From contig CAVYRF010000002.1 in the NCBI GenBank assembly GCA_963770895.1, forward strand, positions 5,088,001-5,152,000: DNA of 64,000 nucleotides. Reading direction: 5' to 3'. Position numbers and translations under genes: made by a program. Position 1 is the first letter of the stretch. Each line of letters opens with the position of its first letter. This DNA comes from an uncultured Acidobacteriota bacterium (GTDB lineage Bacteria; Acidobacteriota; Thermoanaerobaculia; Multivoradales; UBA5704). Of the stretch, positions 62,754 to 64,000 are shown piece by piece. Under the pieces are notes generated by a model, which ran no database searches, had not been told where the DNA came from, and was given only the letters and a program-made list of their open reading frames with translations.

Positions 62754-63633
62754 TTGTGGGTGGGGGGGCTGACGGCAAGGGCTGCAAGGACAGCCTGATG
62801 CGATGCCGCCGGTCGAACACGGCGACGGCGACGGCAAAGGCGACGGTGGCGGCGGCGACCAGCAGGCCCGATTCGCCGACCCAGAGCTTGGCGTTCGGGC
62901 CCGCGGCGGAGCGGTCGAAGGGGCCTTGGATGACGGCGTTCCAGCAGGCGTGCAGGACGATCGACGGCCAGACGCTGCCGGTGCGCAGGCGCAGAATGCC
63001 GATGACGCACGCCATGGCGATGACGGCGACGGCGAAGAGCGCGGCCGAGAGCGCCGGGTAGGGGCCGGCGGCGTACTGGCCGCTCAAGATCAGCGGCAGG
63101 TGCCAGGCCGCCCAGATGAGCCCGCTGGCGAGCAGCGGGTACGGCACGCCGGCGTCGACCAGGCGGGTGAGCATGTAGCCGCGCCAGCCGATCTCCTCGC
63201 CGCCGGCGAAGAGGATGCCCACCAGGGTGTTCACGACCAGCGCCAGGACCAGGTACAGCAGGAACCCCATGTGCGGCGGCCGGTACGCCACCAGTCCGCA
63301 AGCCCACGCCGCACCGTAGGCCGCCGTGCCGACGGCGAGCGGCATCGCCAGCGCCACCAGGATGGCGCGCGCCGTGGCTCGCCCGCCGAGCCGGAACGAC
63401 ACGTCGCCGATCCCTTCGCGCAGCACGCCGCGGGCGACGAACGACGACAGGGCGGGTACCCACATGAGCAGGGGCACCAGCAGCGGGTGCTTGTCGATCG
63501 AGCCGCCGGCGCGCAGCATCAATGCTTCGACCGCCGCCGTCGCCGGGATCAGCACGGCAAAATAGATCGCGAGACCGCGCCGCGCGACCTGCGCTCGTGC
63601 GGCGGTGGGGATGCCCGCGATGGGGGTCGACAT
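62746..63633 (-). CDS. CPBP (Abi/CAAX) intramembrane metalloprotease
   Basis: GEEIGWRG, WAAWH, LHACWN motifs. Confidence 0.92.
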   Translation of the reverse strand: MSTPIAGIPTAARAQVARRGLAIYFAVLIPATAAVEALMLRAGGSIDKHPLLVPLLMWVPALSSFVARGVLREGIGDVSFRLGGRATARAILVALAMPLAVGTAAYGAAWACGLVAYRPPHMGFLLYLVLALVVNTLVGILFAGGEEIGWRGYMLTRLVDAGVPYPLLASGLIWAAWHLPLILSGQYAAGPYPALSAALFAVAVIAMACVIGILRLRTGSVWPSIVLHACWNAVIQGPFDRSAAGPNAKLWVGESGLLVAAATVAFAVAVAVFDRRHRIRLSLQPLPSAPPPTTA

Positions 63634-63651
63634 GGCGGCTGCCGCGACGGG

Positions 63652-64000
63652 CTAGGCGGTGGCGCGGCGGGGCTCGGCGGGCTGGATCTCGTCCAGCTCG
63701 ACGGCGACCAGCTTGGAGACGCCTTTCTCTTCCATGGTGACGCCGTACAGCGAGGCGGCGACCTCCATGGTGAGCTTGTTGTGGGTGATGATGATGAACT
63801 GGGTTTCGCCCGCCATCTCGCGCACCAGGTCGACGAAGCGCTCGGTGTTGACGTCGTCGAGCGGCGCGTCCACTTCGTCCAGGATGCAGAAGGGCGAAGG
63901 CTTGGTGCGGAAGAGGGCGAACAGCAGGGCGATGGCGGTCAGCGCCTTTTCGCCGCCGGACAGCAGCATGAGGTTCTGCTGGCGCTTGCCGGGGGGGCGG
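63652..64000 (-). CDS. smc: Chromosome segregation protein SMC, 3' end (partial)
   Basis: [49 protein letters not shown]. Confidence 0.95.
   Translation of the reverse strand, partial: RPPGKRQQNLMLLSGGEKALTAIALLFALFRTKPSPFCILDEVDAPLDDVNTERFVDLVREMAGETQFIIITHNKLTMEVAASLYGVTMEEKGVSKLVAVELDEIQPAEPRRATA

Noticed and set aside
62746-63633. CPBP 'Abi' protease as an abortive-infection gene
   Set aside because: The family name is historical; context next to smc gives no defence evidence

Overview
Very GC-rich bacterial chromosomal window. The gene content (duplicated-FtsX 'ADOP'-type permease, Ala/Gly-padded proteins, a recurring Cys-bounded C-terminal domain) suggests Acidobacteriota, possibly Thermoanaerobaculia; this is an inference. 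Housekeeping and metabolic genes are glnS fused to a GatB/YqeY-like tail, treY, cydAB and the 3' end of smc. They are interspersed with secreted or membrane proteins, a 15.5-kb four-module NRPS (T-C-A-T-C-A-T-C-A-T-C-A-T-TE) with an MMPL exporter, and several gene remnants. The most intriguing element is a lower-GC, tightly overlapping four-gene cassette between glnS and treY: membrane protein, CHAT caspase-like protease, permuted NlpC/P60 enzyme and lipoprotein. The C-terminus of the membrane protein and the N-terminus of the protease share a 19-aa Gly/Gln/Asn/Ile motif, as expected for amyloid-type signalling pairs. Other notable items are a 169-bp degenerate palindrome between divergent genes, a domain repeated three times at the C-termini of exported proteins, a TetR switch with three operators, and an NRPS lacking its initiation enzyme but with a candidate dehydrating C domain. 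I saw no rRNA, tRNA, CRISPR array or transposase. All calls come from reading motifs by eye; no database searches were run.
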